Source of the DNA: Abditibacterium sp.
Lineage (GTDB): Bacteria > Armatimonadota > Abditibacteriia > Abditibacteriales > Abditibacteriaceae
DNA length: 64,000 nt
Assembly: GCA_965199495.1 (NCBI GenBank)
Contig: CBDASK010000003.1
Coordinates: 2,208,001 to 2,272,000 of the forward strand
Reading direction: 5' to 3'
The notes under the pieces: generated by a model
The model's database searches: none
Seen by the model: the letters and a program-made list of their open reading frames with translations, nothing else
What the model was told of the DNA's origin: nothing
Shown here: positions 38,974 to 47,893 of the stretch, one piece after another
Layout of the letters: every line of letters begins with the position of its first letter
Numbering within the stretch: position 1 is the first letter of the stretch
Program-made: the position numbers and the translations under genes

Positions 38974-40035
38974 TTAAATTCTTTGTTTGGAGGGAGGCCC
39001 ACAAGTGCCGCGCACGATGAGTTGCGTTGGCACTTCGATACAAGAATCGAACTGCAACGAAGCCCCGCCTTTTTCGCTTTGCCCACAGAGTTGCAGAATC
39101 TGGCGAGCAGCCACGCGGCCCATTTGGGTGAAGTCTTGGCGCACCGTAGTCAGCGGCGGATTGGCGAATTGGGCCATCGCGAAATCGGCGAAACCGATGA
39201 TGGACAAATCTTGCGGCACCTTCAATCCCAGTTCGTTGGCGATTTGCAAAGCTGCCATTGCGATGAAATCGCCCATGCAAAAGAGCGCCGTCGGACGCTC
39301 GTCCGCAGACAAACTCAATAGCGTGCGCGCGGCATCAACGCTGGGAGCGAGCAGAGTAAAGTCGCCGTTACGCACGTAATTGTCGGGCAAACTCAGGCCG
39401 TGTAATTCAAGCGCCGCACGAAAAGCCGATTCACGCAGAGGAACAATGGCATCGGGGGCCGCGCCCGCAACCAGCGCGATGCGGCGATGGCCCAGACCGA
39501 ACAAATATTCCACCGCATCGGCGATGCCGCACGCGTCCTCCGAGACGACGGAAGGCAAAGCGCTGTCGCGCGCGCGCGTGTCGAGCAGCAACAACGGATA
39601 TTTGTAGCGCTTGGCCTCGGCCTCAAATAGGGCGACGGCTGGCTCCGACAGGTGCAGTCCGATGGCGCCCTGCAAGCGCAATTCTGAACTGCGCCGCACC
39701 GCGCTCTCCACCATATCCGCGCTACCGCCCAACGGCGTCGGCAGCAGTTTGAGCGTGTAATCGTGCGACTCGATTTCTTCGAGGGCGCCCGCGACCATCG
39801 CGCCGACCTGCTCCCACGCCAAGTCGCCGCCCAAAACGCCGATCATGCGCGTGTTGCCGGTGCGCATCGCGCGCGCGCCGTGGTTGGCGCGATAGCCCAT
39901 CTCTTCCGCCGCCGCCAACACTTTTTGGCGCGTCGCCTCGCTGATGCGCGCTTCTTCGTGGCGGTCGTTGAGAACAAACGAAACCGTCGAAGAAGAAACC
40001 CCGGTGCGCTGCGCGATGTCACTTATTTTTAACAT
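38974..40035 (-). CDS. LacI-family transcriptional regulator
   Basis: ISDIAQRTGVSSSTVSFVLN HTH; VPQDLSIIGF and PPLTTVRQ; SD AAGGAG. Confidence 0.95.
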   Translation of the reverse strand: MLKISDIAQRTGVSSSTVSFVLNDRHEEARISEATRQKVLAAAEEMGYRANHGARAMRTGNTRMIGVLGGDLAWEQVGAMVAGALEEIESHDYTLKLLPTPLGGSADMVESAVRRSSELRLQGAIGLHLSEPAVALFEAEAKRYKYPLLLLDTRARDSALPSVVSEDACGIADAVEYLFGLGHRRIALVAGAAPDAIVPLRESAFRAALELHGLSLPDNYVRNGDFTLLAPSVDAARTLLSLSADERPTALFCMGDFIAMAALQIANELGLKVPQDLSIIGFADFAMAQFANPPLTTVRQDFTQMGRVAARQILQLCGQSEKGGASLQFDSCIEVPTQLIVRGTCGPPSKQRI

Positions 40036-40063
40036 GACGAAAATCTCCTTCACTCCCTTTAGG

Positions 40064-40118
40064 TGCTAAAACGATTTAGCCGAATATGATTATACCCAAT
40101 TCGCCTATTTTTCAAACA
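40064..40118 (-). promoter_or_regulatory. LacI-type operator plus promoter of the lacI-family gene (autoregulation)
   Basis: GCTAAAACGATTTAGC palindrome with central CG; atatgattataccca and ttcaaaca at the same spacing as the 38893 module. Confidence 0.75.
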
Positions 40119-40383
40119 GGAAATCCCAATTTTTCATTTGTCGCGAGCGGTTTGCTTTGGGAAAATTCGGTTTTGTCACGGTGATTTCTTCGAGCAGCTT
40201 TGAATTATATTACCTTTGCGCGCGCATTGGAGCGAGCAATTGAGTGATGCGTTTACTAAACTGCCCAAACGTCGTTGGTGATGAGATTTTGGTAGCGAGG
40301 GTTTTCGCTACCGGCAACAATTCGTTGCAACAACTCGCGACGAACTGGCTCAAATTCGATGTCGGAATTTTCGCGCAAGCTCT

Positions 40384-41724
40384 TTGCGCCCGGAGTTTCA
40401 TTTGGCAACTGCTAACAATCAACAAGTTTTGGAACCGCAACCCCAACCCACGCCGCCTTCCGCGCCGATGCTTTCCGAGCAGCCACCGGCGCCGCGCAAG
40501 AGAAAATTTTGGCGGGGATTGGGTATCGTCACGTTGCTCATCGTGGGCGGCGGGGCGGCCTTTGTCACGTTTACGGCCCAGGGACGCCTGATGAAGCAGG
40601 AAGTGACGCACGCTACCAACACTATTATAGAAGTGCAGCAAAATCCCAATTTGCTCTTCGATCACGTCGGCGGTGACCACGTCAATCTTTTGTTGATTGG
40701 CGAAGATCGCAACTGGAAGCAGGGCAGCGTTTTCAACCGCAGAACCGGTAAATTCGCGCCAATGCAAGTCGTGGACAACGATACGCCGCCGCGCTCTGAT
40801 ACCATGATCGTGGTTTCGCTCGATAAAGCGGGCAAAGTTATGCGCCTGGTGTCGTTTCCGCGCGATGCCCGCGTGCGCTATGGTGACATGAACAGGCGTC
40901 AGCATAAAAAAATGAACTCGGTTTATGCGAGCGGTGGCACCGATCCGCAAATGCGCGAAGAAGCATTGAAAAACTTCTTCCGCGATGAAATGGGCCTGCG
41001 CATCGACCGCGTGGCTCGTATTCGCATCGAGGGTTTCACCGGACTTATTGATAAAGTCGGCGGTTTGGAAATCAACGTGGATGGCGCGCTCAAAAAAGAC
41101 CCGAACACCGGCAAGTTATATCGCGGACATATAGATCGCACCGATAACTGGGGCCAGTGGAAGGTGGATTTGGAACCGGGTATGCAGCATCTCAACGGCA
41201 CGCAGGCCGTCGGTTACGCGCGTTTTCGCTATGACCGCGAAGGCGATCCAGGCCGCATTCGTCGCCAGCAGCAAGTCATGCGCGCCTTGGCCAAGAAAAT
41301 TACCAGCGTGCCGCTGATGCAGTTGCCCGGCGTCGTCGGCGAAGCCAAACAACAGTTTCAGAGCGACATGACGGATGCCGAGATGGCTTCAATGGCGCTG
41401 TTCGTGAAAAATATCGGCGCCGACGCCAAGATTTCGCCGCTCACGGTTTTCGGCATCGGCGCCGACGATGGCAGCGATATTATTTTGAATAAGCCGGAAA
41501 ATATCAAGCTGTTTTCCTACGTTTTCGGCGATTCGTTCAACGCACAAAATTTCCTCAATCGTTCGCCCGAAACCGATAAAGACGAACTGGGCATCGCCAA
41601 CAATCGCAACCCGGCGGCCATCGAAGTTTTGCGCGAAGCGGGCATTTTGGCGCCCGACGAGAAAGTGGATCCCAGTCCGGTCACTGAAGTTCCGGTGCGT
41701 CCGCATGAAGAAAAATCAGAATAA
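40384..41724 (+). CDS. LytR-CpsA-Psr (LCP) family protein (start uncertain)
   Basis: One TM; NLLLIGED, RSDTMIV, SFPRD, YARFR and GD.GRIRRQQ motifs. Confidence 0.9.
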   Translation: MRPEFHLATANNQQVLEPQPQPTPPSAPMLSEQPPAPRKRKFWRGLGIVTLLIVGGGAAFVTFTAQGRLMKQEVTHATNTIIEVQQNPNLLFDHVGGDHVNLLLIGEDRNWKQGSVFNRRTGKFAPMQVVDNDTPPRSDTMIVVSLDKAGKVMRLVSFPRDARVRYGDMNRRQHKKMNSVYASGGTDPQMREEALKNFFRDEMGLRIDRVARIRIEGFTGLIDKVGGLEINVDGALKKDPNTGKLYRGHIDRTDNWGQWKVDLEPGMQHLNGTQAVGYARFRYDREGDPGRIRRQQQVMRALAKKITSVPLMQLPGVVGEAKQQFQSDMTDAEMASMALFVKNIGADAKISPLTVFGIGADDGSDIILNKPENIKLFSYVFGDSFNAQNFLNRSPETDKDELGIANNRNPAAIEVLREAGILAPDEKVDPSPVTEVPVRPHEEKSE

Positions 41725-41742
41725 AATTGGTTTGACCTTTGC

Positions 41743-41776
41743 AAAAGAGCCACCGCGTGCGCGGTGGCTCTTTTTT
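41743..41776 (+). terminator. Intrinsic terminator
   Basis: aaaagagccaccgcg-t-gcgcggtggctc followed by T-run. Confidence 0.8.
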
Positions 41777-41870
41777 GTTTAGGTGTTTTCCCTCGAATTT
41801 CAAATTCGCGCGTTTCCGGCGTCACGCTTGCATTTTTGCGGCACATTCCACTGGAGGAAAATCAAACATT

Positions 41871-43109
41871 ATGAAAGCAGTGCGCTGGCATGGCAAACAT
41901 CACGTAAGCGTTGACACCGTTCCCGATCCGACGATTCAGGAACCGACCGACGCCATCATCAAAATCACTTCGACCGCGATTTGCGGTTCCGACTTGCATC
42001 TTTACGACGGTCTGGTGCAAACAATGGAGGACGGAGACATTTTGGGCCACGAGTTCATGGGCGAAGTCGTCGAAGTCGGTTCGGAAGTCAAAAAGCTCAA
42101 AGTCGGCGACCGCGTTGTGGTGCCCTTCACGATTTCGTGCGGGCACTGCTTTTTCTGCGAGCGAGATTTGTTCGGTTTATGCGATGAATCGAATCCCAAC
42201 GGCGAAATCACCGAAGATTTGTATGGCGCTCCGGCGGGCGGGATTTACGGTTACTCGCACATGTATGGCGGTTTCGCGGGCGGTCAGGCGCAGTATGCGC
42301 GCGTGCCCTACGCCGATGTCGGCCCGATTAAAGTGCCGGACAATCTGACGGACGAACAGGTTTTGTTCTTGTCAGATATTTATCCGACGGGCTATCAGGC
42401 CGCCGTCAATTGCAGCCTCAGAGGCGGCGAAACCGTCGCGATCTGGGGTGCCGGGCCGGTCGGCCAAATGGCGATTCGCAGTGCGTTCTTGTTGGGCGCC
42501 GAGCGCGTGATTTCGATTGATAATATTCCCGAACGGTTGCTGATGGCGCAGCAAGCGGGCGCCGAAATCATCAATTTTCAGAACGATGACGAGCGCAATC
42601 TGTTCGACCAACTCAAGGACAAAACGAGCGGACGTGGGCCGGATGCGTGCGTGGATGCCGTCGGCATGGAAGCACACGGCACCAGTCCCGGCGAGCTTTA
42701 TGATTGGGTGAAAATGGGCCTGAGATTGGCAACGGATAGGCCCAACGTTTTGCGTCAGGCGATTCAGGCGTGCCGCAAGGGCGGCGTCGTTTCGGTGCCC
42801 GGAGTTTATGCGGGGTTGCTCGATAAAATCCCTTACGGCGCGTTTTTTGGCAAGGGTTTATCTATGCACGCGGGCCAAACCCACGTTCAGAAGTTTTTGC
42901 CGCCCCTGCTCGAAACCATCGCGCAGGGGAAAATTGATCCGAGTTTCGTGATTACCCATCGCCTGACTTTGGATGAAGCGCCCGACGCTTACGAGACGTT
43001 CAAACACAAAAAGGATGGTTGCATCAAAGTCGTGTTGAAACCGTGGGAAGAGACGCCCGACGGCAAAATTCGCGCTTACGACGACCAAGTCGAGCAGATG
43101 CAAGAATAA
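41871..43109 (+). CDS. Zinc-dependent alcohol/formaldehyde dehydrogenase (YbdR-like)
   Basis: ICGSDLH, GHEFMG, C..CFFC....C, GGFAGGQA and GAGPVG motifs; SD GGAGG. Confidence 0.93.
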   Translation: MKAVRWHGKHHVSVDTVPDPTIQEPTDAIIKITSTAICGSDLHLYDGLVQTMEDGDILGHEFMGEVVEVGSEVKKLKVGDRVVVPFTISCGHCFFCERDLFGLCDESNPNGEITEDLYGAPAGGIYGYSHMYGGFAGGQAQYARVPYADVGPIKVPDNLTDEQVLFLSDIYPTGYQAAVNCSLRGGETVAIWGAGPVGQMAIRSAFLLGAERVISIDNIPERLLMAQQAGAEIINFQNDDERNLFDQLKDKTSGRGPDACVDAVGMEAHGTSPGELYDWVKMGLRLATDRPNVLRQAIQACRKGGVVSVPGVYAGLLDKIPYGAFFGKGLSMHAGQTHVQKFLPPLLETIAQGKIDPSFVITHRLTLDEAPDAYETFKHKKDGCIKVVLKPWEETPDGKIRAYDDQVEQMQE

Positions 43110-43112
43110 ATC

Positions 43113-43307
43113 ATGAAATCAACCACTGGACAAGAAATGGCGGGTATTCCCGCCCCCGCTCCCGGCAGCGCCGAGGGTATGGAAGACATCAACAAACAAT
43201 CGGATGTGCCATTGGCCTCGCACACGCCCGGCAGCGCCGAAGGCGAGGACGACCCGGAATTGCTCGAAGAGGGCGACCCCAGCAAAACGCCCGAAAAATC
43301 GGAGTAG
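43113..43307 (+). CDS. Small acidic protein with duplicated PGSAEG motif
   Basis: Starts 3 bp after the dehydrogenase and ends before a terminator; APGSAEGMED and TPGSAEGEDD. Confidence 0.7.
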   Translation: MKSTTGQEMAGIPAPAPGSAEGMEDINKQSDVPLASHTPGSAEGEDDPELLEEGDPSKTPEKSE

Positions 43308-43346
43308 AAAAAACGGACGCTGACTTAAAGTCAGCGTCCGTTTTTT
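43308..43346 (+). terminator. Intrinsic terminator
   Basis: aaaaaacggacgctgact-taa-agtcagcgtccgtttttt. Confidence 0.85.
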
Positions 43347-43394
43347 GTCGAAAGCCGCGTCTTGATTGCGCGCTTTATGCGATAATTAAGCCGT

Positions 43395-44300
43395 GTGAAT
43401 CAACCTTCTCCCGCGCGCTCCGGCACCCCTCGTAGCGATGAAACGCGCGGTCTCATTTATGGTTTTATCGGCGTCGCGTGTTTCAGCCTGACGCTACCAG
43501 CCACGCGCGCCGCCGTCGCCGATCTTGACCCGATCATCGTTGGTTTGGGCCGCGCTTTAGTCGGCGCTGTTTTGGCGGCAATTTATCTGCTGATTATCCG
43601 CCAACCGTTGCCATCGCGGGCGCAGTTCAAAAGTTTGTCAGTCATCGGAATCGGCATGGTCATCGGGTTTCCGCTCTGTTTGTCGTGGGCCATCCAACGC
43701 GTGCCCGCTTCGCACGGCGCGATTGTGCTGGGACTTTTGCCGCTCGCAACCGCCGTTGTCGGCGCACTGCGCGGAGGCGAACGGCCTTCGCCCGCGTTCT
43801 GGGCGGCGAGTATCGTCGGTAGCGTTCTGGTCGTCGCGTTTACGCTCGTAATGGGCGGTGGTTCGATTCAACGGGCGGATTTGGCGTTGCTTGGCACTGT
43901 GATTACCGGCGGCATCGGCTATGCCGAAGGCGGGCGATTGGCGCGCGAAATGAGCGGCGCGCGCGTTATCAGTTGGTCGCTGTTAATCGCCGTGCCATTT
44001 TTAATAATTCCCGTGGCCCTCGCGGTTCACCGGCACGGCGTGGCTGCATCGCCCGCCGCGTGGTTGGGATTCGCTTACATCAGTGCGGTGAGCGCGTTTG
44101 GCGGATTCTTCGCGTGGTATCGCGGTTTGGCGCTGGGCGGCATCGCGCGCGTGAGCCAGTTGCAATTGCTGCAACCGTTTCTGACGTTACTCGCTTCGGC
44201 GCTGTTGTTGGGCGAGCAAATCACCATCGTCGCCATCGTTTTCGCTCTGGCGATTGTGGCATGCGTGGCAATCGGACGCAAAGCCGCGATTGCCTATTAA
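43395..44300 (+). CDS. DMT/EamA family transporter
   Basis: FSLTLPATR and GIARVSQLQLLQPF motifs; about 10 TMs. Confidence 0.9.
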   Translation: MNQPSPARSGTPRSDETRGLIYGFIGVACFSLTLPATRAAVADLDPIIVGLGRALVGAVLAAIYLLIIRQPLPSRAQFKSLSVIGIGMVIGFPLCLSWAIQRVPASHGAIVLGLLPLATAVVGALRGGERPSPAFWAASIVGSVLVVAFTLVMGGGSIQRADLALLGTVITGGIGYAEGGRLAREMSGARVISWSLLIAVPFLIIPVALAVHRHGVAASPAAWLGFAYISAVSAFGGFFAWYRGLALGGIARVSQLQLLQPFLTLLASALLLGEQITIVAIVFALAIVACVAIGRKAAIAY

Positions 44301-44426
44301 AAAGATTTTTACCACAAAAACACAGAGGGCACAAGAAATTCAAAAATAGAACGAAGAACTTGCTTTGGTAAAAGATTGTTCTTCAGAATCTTTTGTGATT
44401 TCTGTGTTTTTGTGGTAAAAATCTTT
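44301..44426. repeat. Inverted-repeat element, family G (ACCACAAAAACACAGA, ~9-nt subrepeats)
   Basis: aaagatttttaccacaaaaacacaga is the exact reverse complement of 44401-44426. Confidence 0.85.
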
Positions 44427-44448
44427 CCCACTTGAATGGCTTCTAAAT

Positions 44449-45099
44449 CTACGCCCGCGCGACCAAACCGGCAATCGTGACGAAATGGCAGACGCTGCCG
44501 CCGATGACGAAGATATGCCAAAGATCGTGCGCCGAAAATTTGCCCGGCACCAAATGCGGTTTGTCGAGCGCGAAAATCACCGTGCCAATTGAATAAACCG
44601 CGCCGCCCGCCAGCAGGAAAAACCAGCCCGCAGGGGACAGAGAATCGCGTAATGGCGATAACGCGACCACGACTAACCAGCCCATCACGACGTAAAGAGC
44701 CACGCGCAACCAATCGGGCATCGTTTTCCACAGCAAACTTCCGCTCACACCCAAAATGGCGAGCGTCCACACGATGCCCAGCAAAATCCAGCCGCGTTCG
44801 CCGCGCAGTGCCAAAAGACAAATCGGTGTGTAACTTCCGGCGATAAGCAGAAAAATCGCGCTGTGATCTAAGCGTTGCAACAACGCTTCGATGCGCGGCG
44901 TCGAACGCCACGAATGATAGGTCGCGCTCGCGGCGTAGAGCAGAATTAAAGTCGCGCCATAAATCGCGGCGGCGGTCGTGTTCCACGCGCGCCCATCGGC
45001 CAACCACAACAATGTGAGTAAAGCCACAACCGATAACAGTGCGCCCAGGCCGTGGGAGAGACCGCAAAACGGCTCTTTGATTTTTTGCAAAAGTTTCAT
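44449..45099 (-). CDS. Hemolysin III / PAQR family membrane protein
   Basis: EP...SH, SATYH, LDHSAIFLLIAGSYTP and HDLWHIFV motifs. Confidence 0.93.
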   Translation of the reverse strand: MKLLQKIKEPFCGLSHGLGALLSVVALLTLLWLADGRAWNTTAAAIYGATLILLYAASATYHSWRSTPRIEALLQRLDHSAIFLLIAGSYTPICLLALRGERGWILLGIVWTLAILGVSGSLLWKTMPDWLRVALYVVMGWLVVVALSPLRDSLSPAGWFFLLAGGAVYSIGTVIFALDKPHLVPGKFSAHDLWHIFVIGGSVCHFVTIAGLVARA

Positions 45100-45218
45100 G
45101 TGTCGCCAGTTTTTCGCCGCGACTCAAACGACGCGCGTGGCCAAATTCCGTCAATGTAGACGCCCTATTTTGTCCAAAAGTCGCGCGCGTTGCGATAATA
45201 AAGCATTCGATTCGCTGC

Positions 45219-45848
45219 TCAACTGATTAAAGAAAGCAACGCTTGCATCGCCTTCGATGCGGCTTCTTCGTCGGCGCAACGCAACGAGAGCGGACTACCA
45301 AGATAAGGCGAAATATGAACGATGGATAAACTTGGGTCTAACGAAAAGGACGAAGCGTTTGGCGTGATGCTATCTATTTCGGACGCCAAAATGCCAATAT
45401 CAGCGATGAATCGAATTTGGCAGACGAGGCCGCCCGGATAAACCGCGACGCGGAGAAACCAAATGTTGATCGAACGAAATTTGCCGGAGCAATCGAGCTC
45501 GATTTGCCGTCTTCCCGAACCTTGAATCTGCCGCACGATTTGCGCGCGTTCGTCGGCGCTCCACAGAATGGGTTTGGGAAAAGCGTCTCTGAAAATCGCC
45601 AGCAAAATCGAACAGAGTCCGAGAGTGCTGGTGATCCACAGGCTCACCGCGTGCCAGCGCATATAATACCACTGCGACTTTGTCACTTCGGTTTCGTGTC
45701 CATGATCTGAGACATAAAAATGCCTGTGCGTTCGGTGCCCATTAATCGCGTCACCGCCCAATGTTTCGTAGTGGAACCCATAAGCGATGAAATTAATCGG
45801 CGCGATGACGATGAATAAAAAGCAAAGAATTCCGGTGAGGTCTTTCAT
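45219..45848 (-). CDS. Hypothetical membrane protein
   Basis: Two TM segments flanking LGGDAING...EVT..W.Y; divergent from rtcB. Confidence 0.65.
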   Translation of the reverse strand: MKDLTGILCFLFIVIAPINFIAYGFHYETLGGDAINGHRTHRHFYVSDHGHETEVTKSQWYYMRWHAVSLWITSTLGLCSILLAIFRDAFPKPILWSADERAQIVRQIQGSGRRQIELDCSGKFRSINIWFLRVAVYPGGLVCQIRFIADIGILASEIDSITPNASSFSLDPSLSIVHISPYLGSPLSLRCADEEAASKAMQALLSLIS

Positions 45849-45899
45849 GATATTGAGCGCGCAAAATCCTGTGGCCAAAGAAAATTTTACTCCCATAAC

Positions 45900-45929
45900 T
45901 TGACAGCCATTGTCGAATTCACTTATAAT
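45900..45929 (+). promoter_or_regulatory. Consensus sigma70 promoter of the rtcB leader
   Basis: TTGACA-N18-TATAAT. Confidence 0.8.
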
Positions 45930-45978
45930 TCCATTTCGTCCGCGAACCCCGATCCATCTTTGTTCGCCGGAGGCCATT

Positions 45979-46101
45979 ATGTTAGCGTTGCGCACCCTTT
46001 GCCCGATAAACCATCCGAGTTTTAACGATAAAACTCGCGGCGGTTCGCGCGCGCTCGGCCTTCGGAGCGCACGCCATATTTCCTCCTGTTCGCCCGTTTA
46101 G
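45979..46101 (+). CDS. Putative leader peptide (uORF, 40 aa) of rtcB
   Basis: SD GGAGG at 45969-45973, ATG 45979; MLALRTLCPINHPSFNDKTRGGSRALGLRSARHISSCSPV*. Confidence 0.55.
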   Translation: MLALRTLCPINHPSFNDKTRGGSRALGLRSARHISSCSPV

Positions 46102-46119
46102 CGGCGAACCGATTTCCTC

Positions 46120-46164
46120 AAAGGGCGCGAAGGCTTTTATAGCTTTCGCGCCCTTTTTGTTTTT
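46120..46164 (+). terminator. Leader terminator (attenuator) upstream of rtcB
   Basis: aaagggcgcgaaggc-ttttata-gctttcgcgccc followed by T-run, about 40 bp before the rtcB ATG. Confidence 0.8.
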
Positions 46165-46205
46165 CAAGTTAAGCCCCCGGTGAATGGGACAATTCGCTAA
46201 ACCTA

Positions 46206-47630
46206 ATGATTACTGGAAAAGTTTTGAAAGCTCGCGGCTGGAAAGAGGGCCGCACGATTGGGCTGGCCAAAAAAGCCGCTCATGCACTGGCCGAAATTGG
46301 TCAGGACGAAAATACGATTCTGGAGCGGCTCGACGCGGTTTTGGCCGACCCGGATAAATGGACGGGCGACCCGATTTTCTTCGAGGTCGCGTCCGAGATT
46401 CTGTCGCGCGAGCGCAATGACGCCTCGAAATGGGCCGACGCGCTGCGCGAAACCGCGTTGCCCTACGAAGTTTGGGGCGCCGACGGTATTGACGCCGCCG
46501 CCAACAAACAGATGGAAAACGCGTTGCGTTTGCCCGTGGCTGTTGCTGGCGCGCTGATGCCCGACGCGCACGTTGGTTACGGTTTGCCAATCGGCGGCGT
46601 GTTGGCCACGCAGGGCACGGTCATCCCGTATGCGATTGGGGTTGATATTGCTTGTCGTATGAAATTATCAATTTACGATGTTTCGCCCAATATTATAGGG
46701 CAACACAAAGCCAAATTTGAGAAATCGTTGGTCGAACAGACGCGTTTTGGCGCGGGTTGTAAGTTCGATGCACGCGAGCGCCGCGAACACGAAGTTTTGG
46801 ATGACGACGATTGGCGCGCCACAAGATTTCTGCACGGATTGCGCGCCAAGGCCATCGAGCAGTTGGGCACGTCGGGCGGCGGCAACCATTTCGTCGAATG
46901 GGGCGAGTTCACCTTGGACGAAGATTCGTCCGAGTGGGGCTTGAAGGCAGGCACGTATTTGTCGCTGCTCTCGCATTCGGGTTCGCGCGGCGTGGGTTTT
47001 AAAATCGCCAATGAATACTCACGTTTGGCGCGCGGTTTACATCCGAATTTGCCCGATGCAGTCAAGTATTTGGCGTGGCTCGACATGGACAGCGATGCCG
47101 GGCGCGAGTATTGGATCGGGATGGAATTGGCGGGCCGTTTCGCCAGCGCGTGCCACGAAGTGATTCATCGCGAAGTCGCCAAAGCGGTGGGTTTCAAGCA
47201 AGTCGCTTCGATTGAAAATCATCACAATTTCGCGTGGCGCGAGACGATGGCCGATGGCAGCGAAGCGATTGTGCATCGCAAGGGCGCGACTCCGGCGGGC
47301 GCGGGCGTGTTGGGAATTATTCCCGGCTCGATGGCCGATCCGGGTTATGTCGTGCGCGGCAAAGGCGTGATGTCGAGTTTGAACTCGGCCTCGCACGGCG
47401 CCGGGCGCGCCATGAGCCGCAAGGCCGCCAAAGATTCGATTACGTCGGGCCAGATGCGCAAGTATCTGGAATATCGCGGCGTGAAACTGCTGGGCGGCGG
47501 CTTGGACGAGGCACCGATGGCCTATAAAAATATCGAGGAGGTGATCGGCGCGCAACGCGATTTGGTGGATGTTCTGGGAAGTTTCGCGCCCAAAATCGTG
47601 ATGATGGCCAACGATTCGAGCGACGTTTAA
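46206..47630 (+). CDS. rtcB: RtcB RNA ligase (3'-phosphate/5'-OH)
   Basis: MPDAHVG, DIAC, GGGNHF, HSGSR, HHNF, HRKGAT, SHGAGR and DEAPMAYK motifs. Confidence 0.96.
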   Translation: MITGKVLKARGWKEGRTIGLAKKAAHALAEIGQDENTILERLDAVLADPDKWTGDPIFFEVASEILSRERNDASKWADALRETALPYEVWGADGIDAAANKQMENALRLPVAVAGALMPDAHVGYGLPIGGVLATQGTVIPYAIGVDIACRMKLSIYDVSPNIIGQHKAKFEKSLVEQTRFGAGCKFDARERREHEVLDDDDWRATRFLHGLRAKAIEQLGTSGGGNHFVEWGEFTLDEDSSEWGLKAGTYLSLLSHSGSRGVGFKIANEYSRLARGLHPNLPDAVKYLAWLDMDSDAGREYWIGMELAGRFASACHEVIHREVAKAVGFKQVASIENHHNFAWRETMADGSEAIVHRKGATPAGAGVLGIIPGSMADPGYVVRGKGVMSSLNSASHGAGRAMSRKAAKDSITSGQMRKYLEYRGVKLLGGGLDEAPMAYKNIEEVIGAQRDLVDVLGSFAPKIVMMANDSSDV

Positions 47631-47637
47631 CGTTCTG

Positions 47638-47893
47638 TAGCCACCAAGAAGGACATAGGAGTTACGCAGTTGCCTTTGCTTGTCATTCTGAGCGCAGTGA
47701 GGCACGAACGCAGTCGAAGAATGAAGAATCCACCGGTTGCGACGAAATTTGACGTTCGTCGGCGAATTCACGGTCATGGATTCTTCGACTGCGTTCGTGC
47801 CTCACTGCGCTCAGAATGACAAGCAAAGGCAACTGCGTAACTCCTACGTCCTTCTTTGTCTTCTGGGTGTGTTCTCCGTGTCCTTGGTGGCTA
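47638..47893. repeat. Nested inverted repeat: family C copy 3 with extended arms inside a family-G-like element
   Basis: Family C at 47681-47821; arms extend to about 47646/47856; outer tagccaccaag / cttggtggcta. Confidence 0.88.

Noticed and set aside
44449..45099. Hemolysin as a virulence factor
   Set aside because: The Hemolysin III/PAQR family is a widespread housekeeping membrane protein
45936..46160. tRNA, Y RNA, SRP or 6S RNA upstream of rtcB
   Set aside because: No cloverleaf/T-loop or SRP motif recognised and no Ro60/Rsr gene nearby; SD, uORF and terminator fit a leader better (Rfam scan still needed)
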